Origin: Theionarchaea archaeon
GTDB taxonomy: Archaea; Methanobacteriota_B; Thermococci; Methanofastidiosales; SZ-28-30
Length of the DNA stretch: 60,733 bases
Assembly (NCBI GenBank): GCA_018992565.1
Contig: JACVGW010000008.1
Span: 1 to 60,733 of the forward strand
Reading direction: 5' to 3'
Positions 20,141 through 29,317 of this stretch are shown one piece after another. Numbering within the stretch: the first letter of the stretch is position 1; every line of letters starts with the position of its first letter. The translations under genes were made by a program, and so were the position numbers. The notes beneath the pieces were generated by a model that saw only the letters and a program-made list of their open reading frames with translations, did not search any database and had not been told where the DNA came from.

Positions 20141-20257
20141 CCCAAAGTTTATATAGGAGAAGGTCGTAGATAAGCTTGAGTGCATTTGTGTCCGGAATGC
20201 GATCTTTCACCCCCCCCTTCTTTGAACGGCCTGGGGATTTTCCCCTGGCCCCTTCTT
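20141..20257 (+). ncRNA. Candidate sRNA (about 80 nt, three hairpins) with its promoter
   Basis: CCCAAAGTTTATATA promoter with no ORF downstream; hairpins at 20182-20200, 20206-20226 (C8 loop) and 20228-20250. Confidence 0.45.
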
Positions 20258-20293
20258 ACATTTACTACAGAGAAATTACAGTGCTATTGATGA

Positions 20294-20998
20294 TTATGGC
20301 TGGCTGTTCCAATGGTTGTAACATGCTTTGACACATTTCCCACAAACATCACCTTCTAGGTTGAGCTTTACTATGAAACGTCTGCACTGTTCCCGGTAGT
20401 TCTTGAGGACTGCTTTTTTTCTCAAGACAGAACATACATCCAGGCATGCAGTACAATCCTGACAGTTGTTATCCATTCTATTGCCATACTCCAGGCGTGA
20501 AGGACAGATAACTGAAGCAAATCGTACAGCACAGCCCTTTTCTTTTGTCACAATGAGCTCGTTTTTTCCTCTCCATCCCAGACCTGCCAGTTCAGCACCC
20601 ACCCTGTGAGAAATACACCCTGTGTAGTAGTCCTCTACTCGGTTAATATTGGAGGCTACACCCTGGGTGGTAGCAGGGATGGGAATGCCTTTCACGTATT
20701 CGGCCATCTTCTCTGCAACTTCATTTAGAATCGAATTAAGTTGATGGTATTCTCGAGCATATATATTCCAGGAAGCATAGTCCGTTTTTCCATTTTTCCG
20801 CAGGTTGATTGAGGAGAGAGCACGGGGAGAGTGGAAGATACCAAAGACAATGAGAGACCTGCCTGTACCTAAAGACGACAGTACTTTCTGCTGGACAGGC
20901 ATAAGGTTATCAAAGACTGCATCGTATTGACAAGCTCCTATTATTCCTTCTTTCCCCTTGATGAGCTCATGAAAGAGATTCTCAAGGTCTGCTAACAT
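20294..20998 (-). CDS. QueG-like (epoxyqueuosine reductase family) Fe-S protein
   Basis: ISHRVGAELAGLGWRGKN, VRFASV, CQDCTACLDVC, CGKCVKAC. Confidence 0.8.
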   Translation of the reverse strand: MLADLENLFHELIKGKEGIIGACQYDAVFDNLMPVQQKVLSSLGTGRSLIVFGIFHSPRALSSINLRKNGKTDYASWNIYAREYHQLNSILNEVAEKMAEYVKGIPIPATTQGVASNINRVEDYYTGCISHRVGAELAGLGWRGKNELIVTKEKGCAVRFASVICPSRLEYGNRMDNNCQDCTACLDVCSVLRKKAVLKNYREQCRRFIVKLNLEGDVCGKCVKACYNHWNSQP

Positions 20999-21249
20999 GT
21001 GCCCGCCCTCCGAATCTTGAATACGACAGGATTGTTGGGGTCCGGGCAGCATACTCTGCATACACCCTGCTCATCCCAGGGAATGTTCCCGCCAAATCGC
21101 AGAGCTGTGGCAAAAGGGAGAATCACGAGGTACGCCCAGTGACAGAATCCAGCAGGTGTCTTCTCATCAATCTGAAACGTGTCGCCTGGTTTGAACCCAA
21201 AGGGGCAGGAGCCACCCTCCAGGATTTTGACTACCTCGACTTCAATCAT
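20992..21249 (-). CDS. TIGR04076-like small Cys-rich protein
   Basis: CPFGFKPGDTF...PAGFCHWA...CCPDPNNPVVFKI. Confidence 0.8.
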   Translation of the reverse strand: MIEVEVVKILEGGSCPFGFKPGDTFQIDEKTPAGFCHWAYLVILPFATALRFGGNIPWDEQGVCRVCCPDPNNPVVFKIRRAGTC

Positions 21250-21818
21250 TCTATCATCTCTGAAGCTTGTATCAACCGGCTGGAGAGAAGTTCGCCCAGG
21301 TGGGCCAGGGCCTCTGTGGCCAGATACTGGGAAGCAGATGTATCATAGAGTATTGAACAGCGAGCTGGGAACTCTTCGCTCCTCTCCCAAAAGACGACAG
21401 TAATGGGCAAGAGAGGAAGGGCATGTATGGTGAATGACACATCCCCATAGGGTTGGATAACACCTTCAAAGTGTAAACAGCACCTCCTGAACCCATCAGT
21501 GTTACTGCCAAAAACGGGTAAGAGGGGGTCGATTGCCAGTTTCTTAAATGCCCCAAAGAAAGCATATCCACCAGGAAGATTGTTGTAAGGAACCAATGTA
21601 TCATTCAGTGGGACCTGTGCGGATTCGGCATACGTAGTTAGAATCCAGTACACAAGTTCTGCATCGTCAACGTGCGAGCTGGTCATGGTGTCGCGGATGA
21701 TTCCAGTATCTGTGATCAGGTATCTAAGGAACTCTATGGTATCACCAAAACCAAGTCTGCGTTTCAAAGACAGTATTTGCGAGCTGCATCGAGCCCAGGT
21801 CCACAATTCTTCAGTCAT
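21246..21818 (-). CDS. DUF3786 domain protein
   Basis: LPGGYAFFGAF, GDVSF...LPLLP...WERSEEFPA..SILYD. Confidence 0.8.
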   Translation of the reverse strand: MTEELWTWARCSSQILSLKRRLGFGDTIEFLRYLITDTGIIRDTMTSSHVDDAELVYWILTTYAESAQVPLNDTLVPYNNLPGGYAFFGAFKKLAIDPLLPVFGSNTDGFRRCCLHFEGVIQPYGDVSFTIHALPLLPITVVFWERSEEFPARCSILYDTSASQYLATEALAHLGELLSSRLIQASEMIE

Positions 21819-22091
21819 GCCTAAGAATTGGTCCTGAGTAATAAAAAGATTTTCATCTCTCCTCTTACACGTCTTTCGGTCCCATGTTCGCTGTTTTGGC
21901 CAACATCTATCGATTCCCTGTCTTCAAAGATGCCATTGTAACCATGTATGGTGACAGGATGAGTCATCCTCTTTTGTGCTTCAAGCCTTGAAACCAACAG
22001 TCTAAAGAGATGCAAGTACAAAGCGCTGTGGAGCAGCGATTCCCGAAAAGTATTTATGATTGGGGGTGCAGGGGGAGTGAGGTGTTATAGT

Positions 22092-23504
22092 ATGAAGAAT
22101 AAAATGGCAATTGTGAGCTGCTGTTTCATCTGTCTCCTGGTATTTCCTTTTCTGACAGGGATATCTGGCGAGAAGGAGCGGAGGCTGCTCATTGACAATT
22201 ATCATGCCTCAGCAAAGTCAGGCAAATTCCCTGGGCTTTTCTTAGAGCTGGAAAACGAAGGATTTTCTATTGAACTTCTGGAAGGGCTCATAGACCCCAC
22301 CACTCTCTCGAAAGAGAACTGTGATGCTCTTGTGTTGTTCGCGCCCCGTGAGCAATACTCTGATGGGGAACTGGCAGCCATAAGAGCATTTGTTGAAGAG
22401 GGAGGCGGCCTGATTGTATTCTCAGATGGTGGCGGGAGGATGCGGGAGCTGGGAATAACAAGGCCTATCAACCAGGTTTCAACGATGTTTGGGATCCAGT
22501 TTAATGAGGATCAAGTGGATGATCCTGAGGACCACCTGAGAGCACAGGACAGTAATCCTGTCATTAGAGTCTTTGCCCGCCATGCTGTGACAGAAGGTGT
22601 GGAGACTGCTGCATTCCTCTGGGGGTGCTCACTCACTCTGACTCCTCCTGCGATACCACTGGCATTCGGGAACTCCACGAGTTACGCTGATGGGAAAAAG
22701 GGAAGAGACGTTGTAGTCTTGGCTGTTTCCGAGTACGGTAGAGGAAGAGTTGTGGCTGCGGGTGACTATGATTTCCTCCTTGTCATTGATGAGGTTGACT
22801 ATCTGTTTTTTGGAGACGATTGGAGGCTGACATTGAACATGTTCGAGTGGGCTGCCCAGCCATACACTCCTGAGCCCGATACCTCTGAGGCAGATGCACT
22901 GACTTCTCAAGGATATGACCTGTTCTCTCAAGGAGAATACTCAGATGCAAAAGACACCTTTGAGAGAGCTCTGAAGATGTATGCAGACATGGGTGTTAGG
23001 ACAATGACGTCTGAGATCCAGAGCATGATTACACAGTGTGACAAGGGTATCGAAGCAGGACTGTCATATATCCAGGGGGAGGAACGGTTTGAAGAAAGAG
23101 ACTATGGAACAGCTCTTGAGCAATTCAAGAACAGCAGGACACTATTCGAGGAGATACGCGATGCCAGAGGTTCTCAAGAAGCTCAGGCAATGGTTGATGC
23201 TTGCATGAAGGGAATTGATGCTGCTACTGCCTTGGAGGAAGGAATGGGATACGTCGGACTCCAGGATTATGAAAATGCCAAGAACAGCTTTGAAAAAGCT
23301 CTCGCTGTGTACAGGGAACTCGGAGATGAGGAAAAGGTACGTGAATGTGAGGAATGGATTGCCACCTGTGAACAGAGCCTACAAGAAGCTGAAGAACCAC
23401 ACGAGGAGACAGAAGAACCGGAAGTAGATGGGCTCTGTATGGGAACAGCAATCCTGGCATGGCTAATGATTATTGGGATTTTGGCTGGAATGAGGAAAGA
23501 ATAA
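22092..23504 (+). CDS. Secreted/surface protein: GIFT/DUF4350-like domain, TPR repeats, C-terminal anchor
   Basis: GAGGTG RBS; signal peptide; FVEEGGGL, HAVTEGV, YGRGRVV; TPR helices; acidic linker then GLCMGT + TM + RKE. Confidence 0.85.
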   Translation: MKNKMAIVSCCFICLLVFPFLTGISGEKERRLLIDNYHASAKSGKFPGLFLELENEGFSIELLEGLIDPTTLSKENCDALVLFAPREQYSDGELAAIRAFVEEGGGLIVFSDGGGRMRELGITRPINQVSTMFGIQFNEDQVDDPEDHLRAQDSNPVIRVFARHAVTEGVETAAFLWGCSLTLTPPAIPLAFGNSTSYADGKKGRDVVVLAVSEYGRGRVVAAGDYDFLLVIDEVDYLFFGDDWRLTLNMFEWAAQPYTPEPDTSEADALTSQGYDLFSQGEYSDAKDTFERALKMYADMGVRTMTSEIQSMITQCDKGIEAGLSYIQGEERFEERDYGTALEQFKNSRTLFEEIRDARGSQEAQAMVDACMKGIDAATALEEGMGYVGLQDYENAKNSFEKALAVYRELGDEEKVRECEEWIATCEQSLQEAEEPHEETEEPEVDGLCMGTAILAWLMIIGILAGMRKE

Positions 23505-23667
23505 TTCCTCACTCTCTTCTTTTCTGGACTACTGCTTATCCTTCATGCTTTTGAACCCACGAGATGATCTAGAATTTGTCAGAACACTCCGTAACAGGCC
23601 AAAGGAAGTATTACGCATCATTCCCACCCTGCCAGTAATCCTTTTAAGGACTGCACGAACTCTCACC

Positions 23668-24051
23668 ATGGAAATCGAAATAAGAACCAGCAAGAGGACC
23701 GAACTCATTGATATTACAGAAGAAGCGCAGAGCATGCTGGAGAGAGGCACTGGAGTTCTTGTGGCATATTGCACCCATACTACTGCAGGCATTTATGTCA
23801 ACGAGAATGAAGCGGGGCTGAAGGAGGACATTCTCGCATTGCTTGATAAGCTCGTACCTCCACGCTCATATAACCATGACAAAGTGGACCACAATGCAGA
23901 CTCCCACCTGAAAGCAGTTCTCATAGGCAATTCTGCAATTATCCCTGTAGAAAATGGCAGGCTGCGCCTGGGTACCTGGCAGCGGCTGTTCTTCTGCGAA
24001 CTTGATGGGCCGCGACAGCGCAAGGTCCATTTCACACTACTTCACCAGTAG
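23668..24051 (+). CDS. yjbQ: YjbQ / UPF0047 family protein
   Basis: HTTAGI.VNE, NADSHLK, LGTWQ..FFCELDGPR. Confidence 0.92.
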   Translation: MEIEIRTSKRTELIDITEEAQSMLERGTGVLVAYCTHTTAGIYVNENEAGLKEDILALLDKLVPPRSYNHDKVDHNADSHLKAVLIGNSAIIPVENGRLRLGTWQRLFFCELDGPRQRKVHFTLLHQ

Positions 24052-24134
24052 CTAATTCAGCTGTTCTCTGTCCACCGAGGAACCCAGAACCCAGAACCAC
24101 AAAGTCTTTATAACCAGCAAAAAAGAGGATAGTA

Positions 24135-25019
24135 ATGCTCACTATTACGACTGATCCTGAGGTTTACGGCCCACGGGAAGATTCCTTTTTCCTGCTTGAT
24201 ACTCTAGCTCATGAACAACTGTCAGGACGAGCTCTCGAAATAGGAGTAGGTACAGGAGTCATCGCCCTGAACCTCGCCCACCGATTTCATGAAGTAGTGG
24301 GGGTGGACATTGACCCCCGAGCTGTGGCTCTGGCCCGAGAAAACGCGGAAACGAATTCCGTTACTAATGTGCATTTTTACTTCAGCGATCTTTTTTCTTC
24401 AGTTCCCGGAACATTTGATGTCATCATTCTCAATCCACCATACTGTCCTTCAGATGGACTTTTTCCCCAGGACCTGTGTTGTGATGGAGGCCCTGATGGA
24501 AGAAAAACAATAGACGCCTTTCTTTCCCGATTCAGTGAGTTCTTAGCTCCTGAAGGGAAGGCGTACCTTCTCCAATCCTCTCTCTCAGATATCGAAAAGA
24601 CCATAACTCTCCTGAAAGCCCGAGATTTTGATTGCACCGTCCTGGCCAGGATGCCGTTATTCTTTGAAGAATTAGCTGTGCTTAGAATTCAACATCCAGG
24701 ATTCAAAATTCATGCTTCAAGATATGAAAGGAGGAATTGTATGACCAGACGTGAAGAAATCATCCAGCTGCTCCTGGAGAATGAGATGAACTCTCTGGAG
24801 CTGGCTCACCATTTCAAGACTACGAAGAAGACTATTCTATCGGATTTGGAACACATCAGGAGAAGTCTTCGGAACAAGCATGAAGAACTCGTAGTGAAGA
24901 TGCCTGTGTGCAACCACTGCGGGTACACCTTTACGCTGACCTCTGTGAAAGAGCCCAGCAAGTGCCCTCACTGCAATTCCGAATGGATAGATCCCCCAAC
25001 CTACCGGGTGGTACCATGA
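24135..25019 (+). CDS. HemK2/PrmC-like methyltransferase in frame with an HTH-zinc-ribbon protein (internal start at 24741)
   Basis: VYGPREDSF, LEIGVGTG, NPPY, GGPDGR; then AGGAGG...ATG at 24741 opening MTRREEII...CNHCG...CPHC. Confidence 0.85.
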   Translation: MLTITTDPEVYGPREDSFFLLDTLAHEQLSGRALEIGVGTGVIALNLAHRFHEVVGVDIDPRAVALARENAETNSVTNVHFYFSDLFSSVPGTFDVIILNPPYCPSDGLFPQDLCCDGGPDGRKTIDAFLSRFSEFLAPEGKAYLLQSSLSDIEKTITLLKARDFDCTVLARMPLFFEELAVLRIQHPGFKIHASRYERRNCMTRREEIIQLLLENEMNSLELAHHFKTTKKTILSDLEHIRRSLRNKHEELVVKMPVCNHCGYTFTLTSVKEPSKCPHCNSEWIDPPTYRVVP

Positions 25020-26299
25020 ATCCTGGAGACCGCATTAGAGTCGAGACTGACAGCCAGACCTTCGAGGGCATCCTCCTTCCCCGGTCTGAACTGGAGGATG
25101 AAGACCACATTACCATAAAGCTTGACAATGGATATAATATTGGCATTAGCATCAGAGAGGGACACATTGAAGCCCTGGGAACTGAAGAACACCTGCAGGT
25201 ATTCCCTGAAATTGAACTGGAGAAGAAAGAGGGCCTTCCTGAAATTTCCATGATTGCCACTGGGGGAACAATAGCATCCCGGCTAGACTACAGAACAGGG
25301 GGCGTGCACATGTTGATGGAACCCAGAGAGATATTCTTCACCACTCCTGAACTGGCAGAACTGGTCTTTCTCAAGAAGGTGATATCTCCTTTCAGAGTGG
25401 GGTCTGAATCCATGACCTTCAAAGAGTATCCAATCCTAGCAGAACTGGCAGCCAGGGAGTTGAATGAAGGAGTGTCTGGGGTCTTGATAACTCATGGGAC
25501 AGACACCCTCCACTACACTTCTGCCATATTATCCTTCATGCTCCAGAATCTGCACAAGCCTGTGTGCCTGGTAGGGGCCCAGCGCTCTCCTGATAGAGGA
25601 AGCTTTGATGGTGCCATGAACCTGATCTGTTCATCAATAACTGCGGGATATTCCAATATTGGTGAGGTGGTCACTGTCATGCATGGAGAAACCTCTGATA
25701 CATACTGCTCCGTGCTGCGGGGAACAAAAGTGAGAAAGATGCACACCACCCGCAGGGATGCATTTCAACCCATAAATGGGAAAGAACTGGCCAGGGTGTG
25801 GCCCTCAGGCACCATAGAATACCTGTCTGACTACAGAGGCCGCAACGATACTGAAGTCACTGCAGATACCACACTCCAGGAAAAAGTGGCTTTGCTCAAA
25901 GCCCACCCCAACTGCAACCCCGAACTGCTGGATTTCCTTGTAGACAACCACTACCGCGGGGTCTTGATTGAAGCAACGGCACTGGGTCATCTGCCCACAG
26001 ACACGGTCAATCCAGAGTACTCGTGGATTTCTGCAGTGCAGAGAGCCCGGGAAGAAGGAGTACATATCGCCTTTGCCACTCAGTGCTTGTACGGAAGAGT
26101 TAACCCCTATGTCTATACCAACGCGCGGTTGATGTTCAACCTGGGCGTACTGTACATGGAGGACATGCTGCCAGAGGTGGCTTTCCTGAAACTGGCATGG
26201 GTTCTGGGCCATACGGAGAACGAAGAAGAAGTCCGTCAGATGATGCTACACAACTATGCTGGCGAGATCACCATGCGTTCTCCAGTGGAGAGGTGGTAG
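25016..26299 (+). CDS. gatD: Glu-tRNA(Gln) amidotransferase subunit D
   Basis: IKLDNGYNIG, TGGTIASRLDYRTG, HGTDT, RGTKVRKMHT..RDAF. Confidence 0.95.
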   Translation: MNPGDRIRVETDSQTFEGILLPRSELEDEDHITIKLDNGYNIGISIREGHIEALGTEEHLQVFPEIELEKKEGLPEISMIATGGTIASRLDYRTGGVHMLMEPREIFFTTPELAELVFLKKVISPFRVGSESMTFKEYPILAELAARELNEGVSGVLITHGTDTLHYTSAILSFMLQNLHKPVCLVGAQRSPDRGSFDGAMNLICSSITAGYSNIGEVVTVMHGETSDTYCSVLRGTKVRKMHTTRRDAFQPINGKELARVWPSGTIEYLSDYRGRNDTEVTADTTLQEKVALLKAHPNCNPELLDFLVDNHYRGVLIEATALGHLPTDTVNPEYSWISAVQRAREEGVHIAFATQCLYGRVNPYVYTNARLMFNLGVLYMEDMLPEVAFLKLAWVLGHTENEEEVRQMMLHNYAGEITMRSPVERW

Positions 26300-26300
26300 A

Positions 26301-27317
26301 ATGAAGAAGCTGCTGTTGATTGGATTACTAGCAATTGTGGCAGTCCCCTTGCTCTCTGCAATTCCTACGAAGTTTGTAGATGTATTCGTCTTTGAGTCGG
26401 AATACTGTGGCGGATGCAGTTCAATGAATGAATTCCTGCAAGAATTGTCCATGGAATACCCAGTCATGGTGATTCATCGTTACGAGATCTCAGATGAAGA
26501 GAGTAAGAAACTCTATGACCTCTTCAAGGAAGTGTACGGCCTCGATTTCAAAGGGTACAGCACTCCCATGGTTTTTATTGGAAAAGATCACTTTGGAGGG
26601 TATGGCCCCACATCCCGCCAGCTCATAAGGAAGAAAGTTGAAGTGTGTTCTGAAAGCGGCTGTAATATCGCTTTGTGTGAGCACAGGGATTGTATTGTTA
26701 TATATGACCATACTGAAACGCCTCAGGTTTCAGGGAAGACGTTTCTCCTTCCTTTCCTGGTGGTTGCAGGTCTCATATCCGGGCTGACTCCTCTGAATTC
26801 TCACGTTCTCTCCAGGATCAAAGGAAAGGGTGTAGCCTTCTTTGGAGCGTACATTGTGACGAGTTTCATCTTCTGCACGGCTCTGTCCACTGTCGTGTTC
26901 TTGGCAAATGTCATGATACCTCTGGAGCTCCCCCTGGCAGTGGTGGCAGTAGCTGTGGGAGTCCTTGCTATTGCAGCAGGGCTGGTCAGCAGAATGCCTG
27001 TATCTTCAAGAATCCAGACTGCGCTTGATGACTTGACTGCAGAGGGTGATGCAGTCAGTCTATTCTTTGCAGGTGTGGGGGGCTGTCTGGCATCGCTGGC
27101 ATTCAGTCTGGGTATCTATCTTCTGGCAGTGTTCAACATTCTCCCCTTTGAATTCACAGAGAGAATTGTCTATCTGCTGGCTTTCAATGGGGCTGCAGGT
27201 ATTTCATTGATTGCAGTGTATGCAGCAGGTGTGGAAAGGAGAGCTGTGTACTACGGATTAGTTGGAACAGGAAGCATTGCGATCGGTATGGTGTTCTGGC
27301 TCTTGCTGTCAGCATAG
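26301..27317 (+). CDS. Exported thioredoxin/glutaredoxin-like domain fused to a CcdA-like membrane domain
   Basis: Signal peptide, CGGC, STPMVFIG (cis-Pro loop), then about 6 TM segments. Confidence 0.75.
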   Translation: MKKLLLIGLLAIVAVPLLSAIPTKFVDVFVFESEYCGGCSSMNEFLQELSMEYPVMVIHRYEISDEESKKLYDLFKEVYGLDFKGYSTPMVFIGKDHFGGYGPTSRQLIRKKVEVCSESGCNIALCEHRDCIVIYDHTETPQVSGKTFLLPFLVVAGLISGLTPLNSHVLSRIKGKGVAFFGAYIVTSFIFCTALSTVVFLANVMIPLELPLAVVAVAVGVLAIAAGLVSRMPVSSRIQTALDDLTAEGDAVSLFFAGVGGCLASLAFSLGIYLLAVFNILPFEFTERIVYLLAFNGAAGISLIAVYAAGVERRAVYYGLVGTGSIAIGMVFWLLLSA

Positions 27318-27325
27318 GTGATTTC

Positions 27326-29176
27326 ATGTACGAAGATCTTGGATTGAAAGTGGGATTGGAAATACATCAGCAACTGGATACAGCGAGAAAGCTCTTCTGT
27401 CATTGTCCAACAGTATTATGTACAGATGAGCCACAGTTTGAAATTAAAAGGAAATTAAGACCATCTTTTTCTGAGAAAGGAAAGGTTGACCAGGCGGCCC
27501 TGGCGGAAGTGAAAAAAGGACTGACATTCGTGTACCAGGGATATGATAGTGTCTGTCTGGTAGAACTGGACGAAGAACCCCCTCACCCCCTCAGCGAAGA
27601 AGCAGTTGACACAGGTCTTGCTGTCTCTCTCCTGCTTCAGGCCCACCCTGTGGATGAGGTTCACACCATGCGCAAGATTGTCATTGATGGGTCGAACACC
27701 TCTGGATTCCAGAGGACACTGCTTCTTGCAACTAATGGTGTTCTCACGGTGGAAGGAAAGCACTATGGAATACCCACTATTTGTCTGGAGGAAGATGCAG
27801 CCCGCATCATAGAAACACGGGGAGAAGAGAAGGTATACAGGCTCGATCGTCTGGGAATTCCTCTCATAGAGGTGGCCACAGATCCTGACATCAGGACTCC
27901 AGAAGAAGCTAGGGATATTGCACTGGCCATTGGACAGGTCTTGAGGGCTACAGGGAAAGTGAAACGAGGACTGGGCACTATCAGGGAAGATCTCAACATC
28001 TCCGTTCTGGAAGGAGCCCGCTGTGAAATAAAGGGTGTTCAGCAGCTGGACTTGATTGCTGTGTATATTGAAAGAGAAGTACAAAGACAGATTACTCTCG
28101 TGAAAATACGGAAGGAGCTGGAAAGACGGAAAGCTTCTGTGGGCAAAAAGATAATAGATGTGACTGCCTGTTTTTCAGATACCAAGGCAAAAATCATTGA
28201 AAGTACCTTAAGAAAGGGAGGAAAAGTCCTGGGCATACCCCTTCCTGGATTCTCTGGATTAATTGGAAAGGAAATACAGCCTGGTCGCCGGCTTGGCACT
28301 GAATTCTCTGACAGGGCAAAGGTAGTGGGCGTGGGAGGAATTTTCCACTCTGATGAACTTCCCGCGTACGGAATCACAGACAGCGAGGTAGCTGCAGTGA
28401 CACAGATGCTGAAGCTGGAGAGAGAAGATGCGTTTGTTCTGGTGGCAGATGAAGTGGAGAAATCCAGGAAAGCGCTCGAAGAAGTGCTGGCAAGAGCGCA
28501 GGAAGCCCTGAGGGGCGTGCCTGAAGAAACCAGGGAACCGCTCCCTGATGGAAACACCAGATACGCTCGTCCTCTTCCGGGTGCTGAACGTATGTACCCT
28601 GAAACAGACATCCCTTCCATCGTTCTCACCAGAGAACGAATTGAAGATATCCGTGCAGAGCTGCCAGAGCTTCCCCATGTCAAAATCAAGCGGTTCACAA
28701 CGCAATACCAGCTGACCTCGGAACATGCCGCAAAAATCCTCAATTCTGGATATGAAGATCTGTTTGAGGAAACCCAGGCCATAAACCTTAAACCCACTCT
28801 GTTTATCAAAGCGGTTGACATTCTCAAAGCACTGGAACATGAGGGAAAGTACATAGAAGATGAACATGAGTTACGACTCTGTTTTGAGAAACTGGCCAGG
28901 AATCAAATAGTAAAAGAAGCACTGGATGACATCCTGCCAAAATTGGCAGAGGGAAAGAAAATGAATGACATAACAATGGAAACAGTATCCATGAGGGATG
29001 TTGAAGACATGATAAAGGAACTGGTGGCTGAAAACATGAAAACTGTAGAGGAAAAGGGCATGAGGGCAGTTGCTCCTTTGATGGGTCTATGTATGAAGAA
29101 ATTGAGAGGGAAAGCAGATGGAAAACTGATAAACGATATCCTAACTGCAGAAATAGAAAAAATAGTGTCCAAGTAG
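27326..29176 (+). CDS. gatE: Glu-tRNA(Gln) amidotransferase subunit E
   Basis: GLEIHQQL, RKIVIDGSNTSGFQRT, LDRLGIPLIE, RMYPETD. Confidence 0.97.
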   Translation: MYEDLGLKVGLEIHQQLDTARKLFCHCPTVLCTDEPQFEIKRKLRPSFSEKGKVDQAALAEVKKGLTFVYQGYDSVCLVELDEEPPHPLSEEAVDTGLAVSLLLQAHPVDEVHTMRKIVIDGSNTSGFQRTLLLATNGVLTVEGKHYGIPTICLEEDAARIIETRGEEKVYRLDRLGIPLIEVATDPDIRTPEEARDIALAIGQVLRATGKVKRGLGTIREDLNISVLEGARCEIKGVQQLDLIAVYIEREVQRQITLVKIRKELERRKASVGKKIIDVTACFSDTKAKIIESTLRKGGKVLGIPLPGFSGLIGKEIQPGRRLGTEFSDRAKVVGVGGIFHSDELPAYGITDSEVAAVTQMLKLEREDAFVLVADEVEKSRKALEEVLARAQEALRGVPEETREPLPDGNTRYARPLPGAERMYPETDIPSIVLTRERIEDIRAELPELPHVKIKRFTTQYQLTSEHAAKILNSGYEDLFEETQAINLKPTLFIKAVDILKALEHEGKYIEDEHELRLCFEKLARNQIVKEALDDILPKLAEGKKMNDITMETVSMRDVEDMIKELVAENMKTVEEKGMRAVAPLMGLCMKKLRGKADGKLINDILTAEIEKIVSK

Positions 29177-29247
29177 TCTTTGATAAGTTGAAATCTCCGT
29201 ATTCTTCTATTTTTTTCTGAGACCCTTATCACTTTTTATTATCATGA

Positions 29248-29317
29248 ACCGAAAGCTTTATATACTATTGATTAATAATAGTATTGCGCCATATCATCCT
29301 CCTTTCTCTTTTTTATT
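29248..29317 (+). promoter_or_regulatory. Orphan BRE/TATA promoter with operator-like inverted repeat and a short anti-SD transcript candidate
   Basis: AACCGAAAGCTTTATATA; ATACTATT-N7-AATAGTAT (29262-29284); GCGCCATATCATCCTCCTTTCTC followed by T6. Confidence 0.45.

Noticed and set aside
27455..29232. Long antisense ORFs over gatE, and similar ones over other genes
   Set aside because: Shadow frames of strongly conserved genes, with no recognisable motifs.
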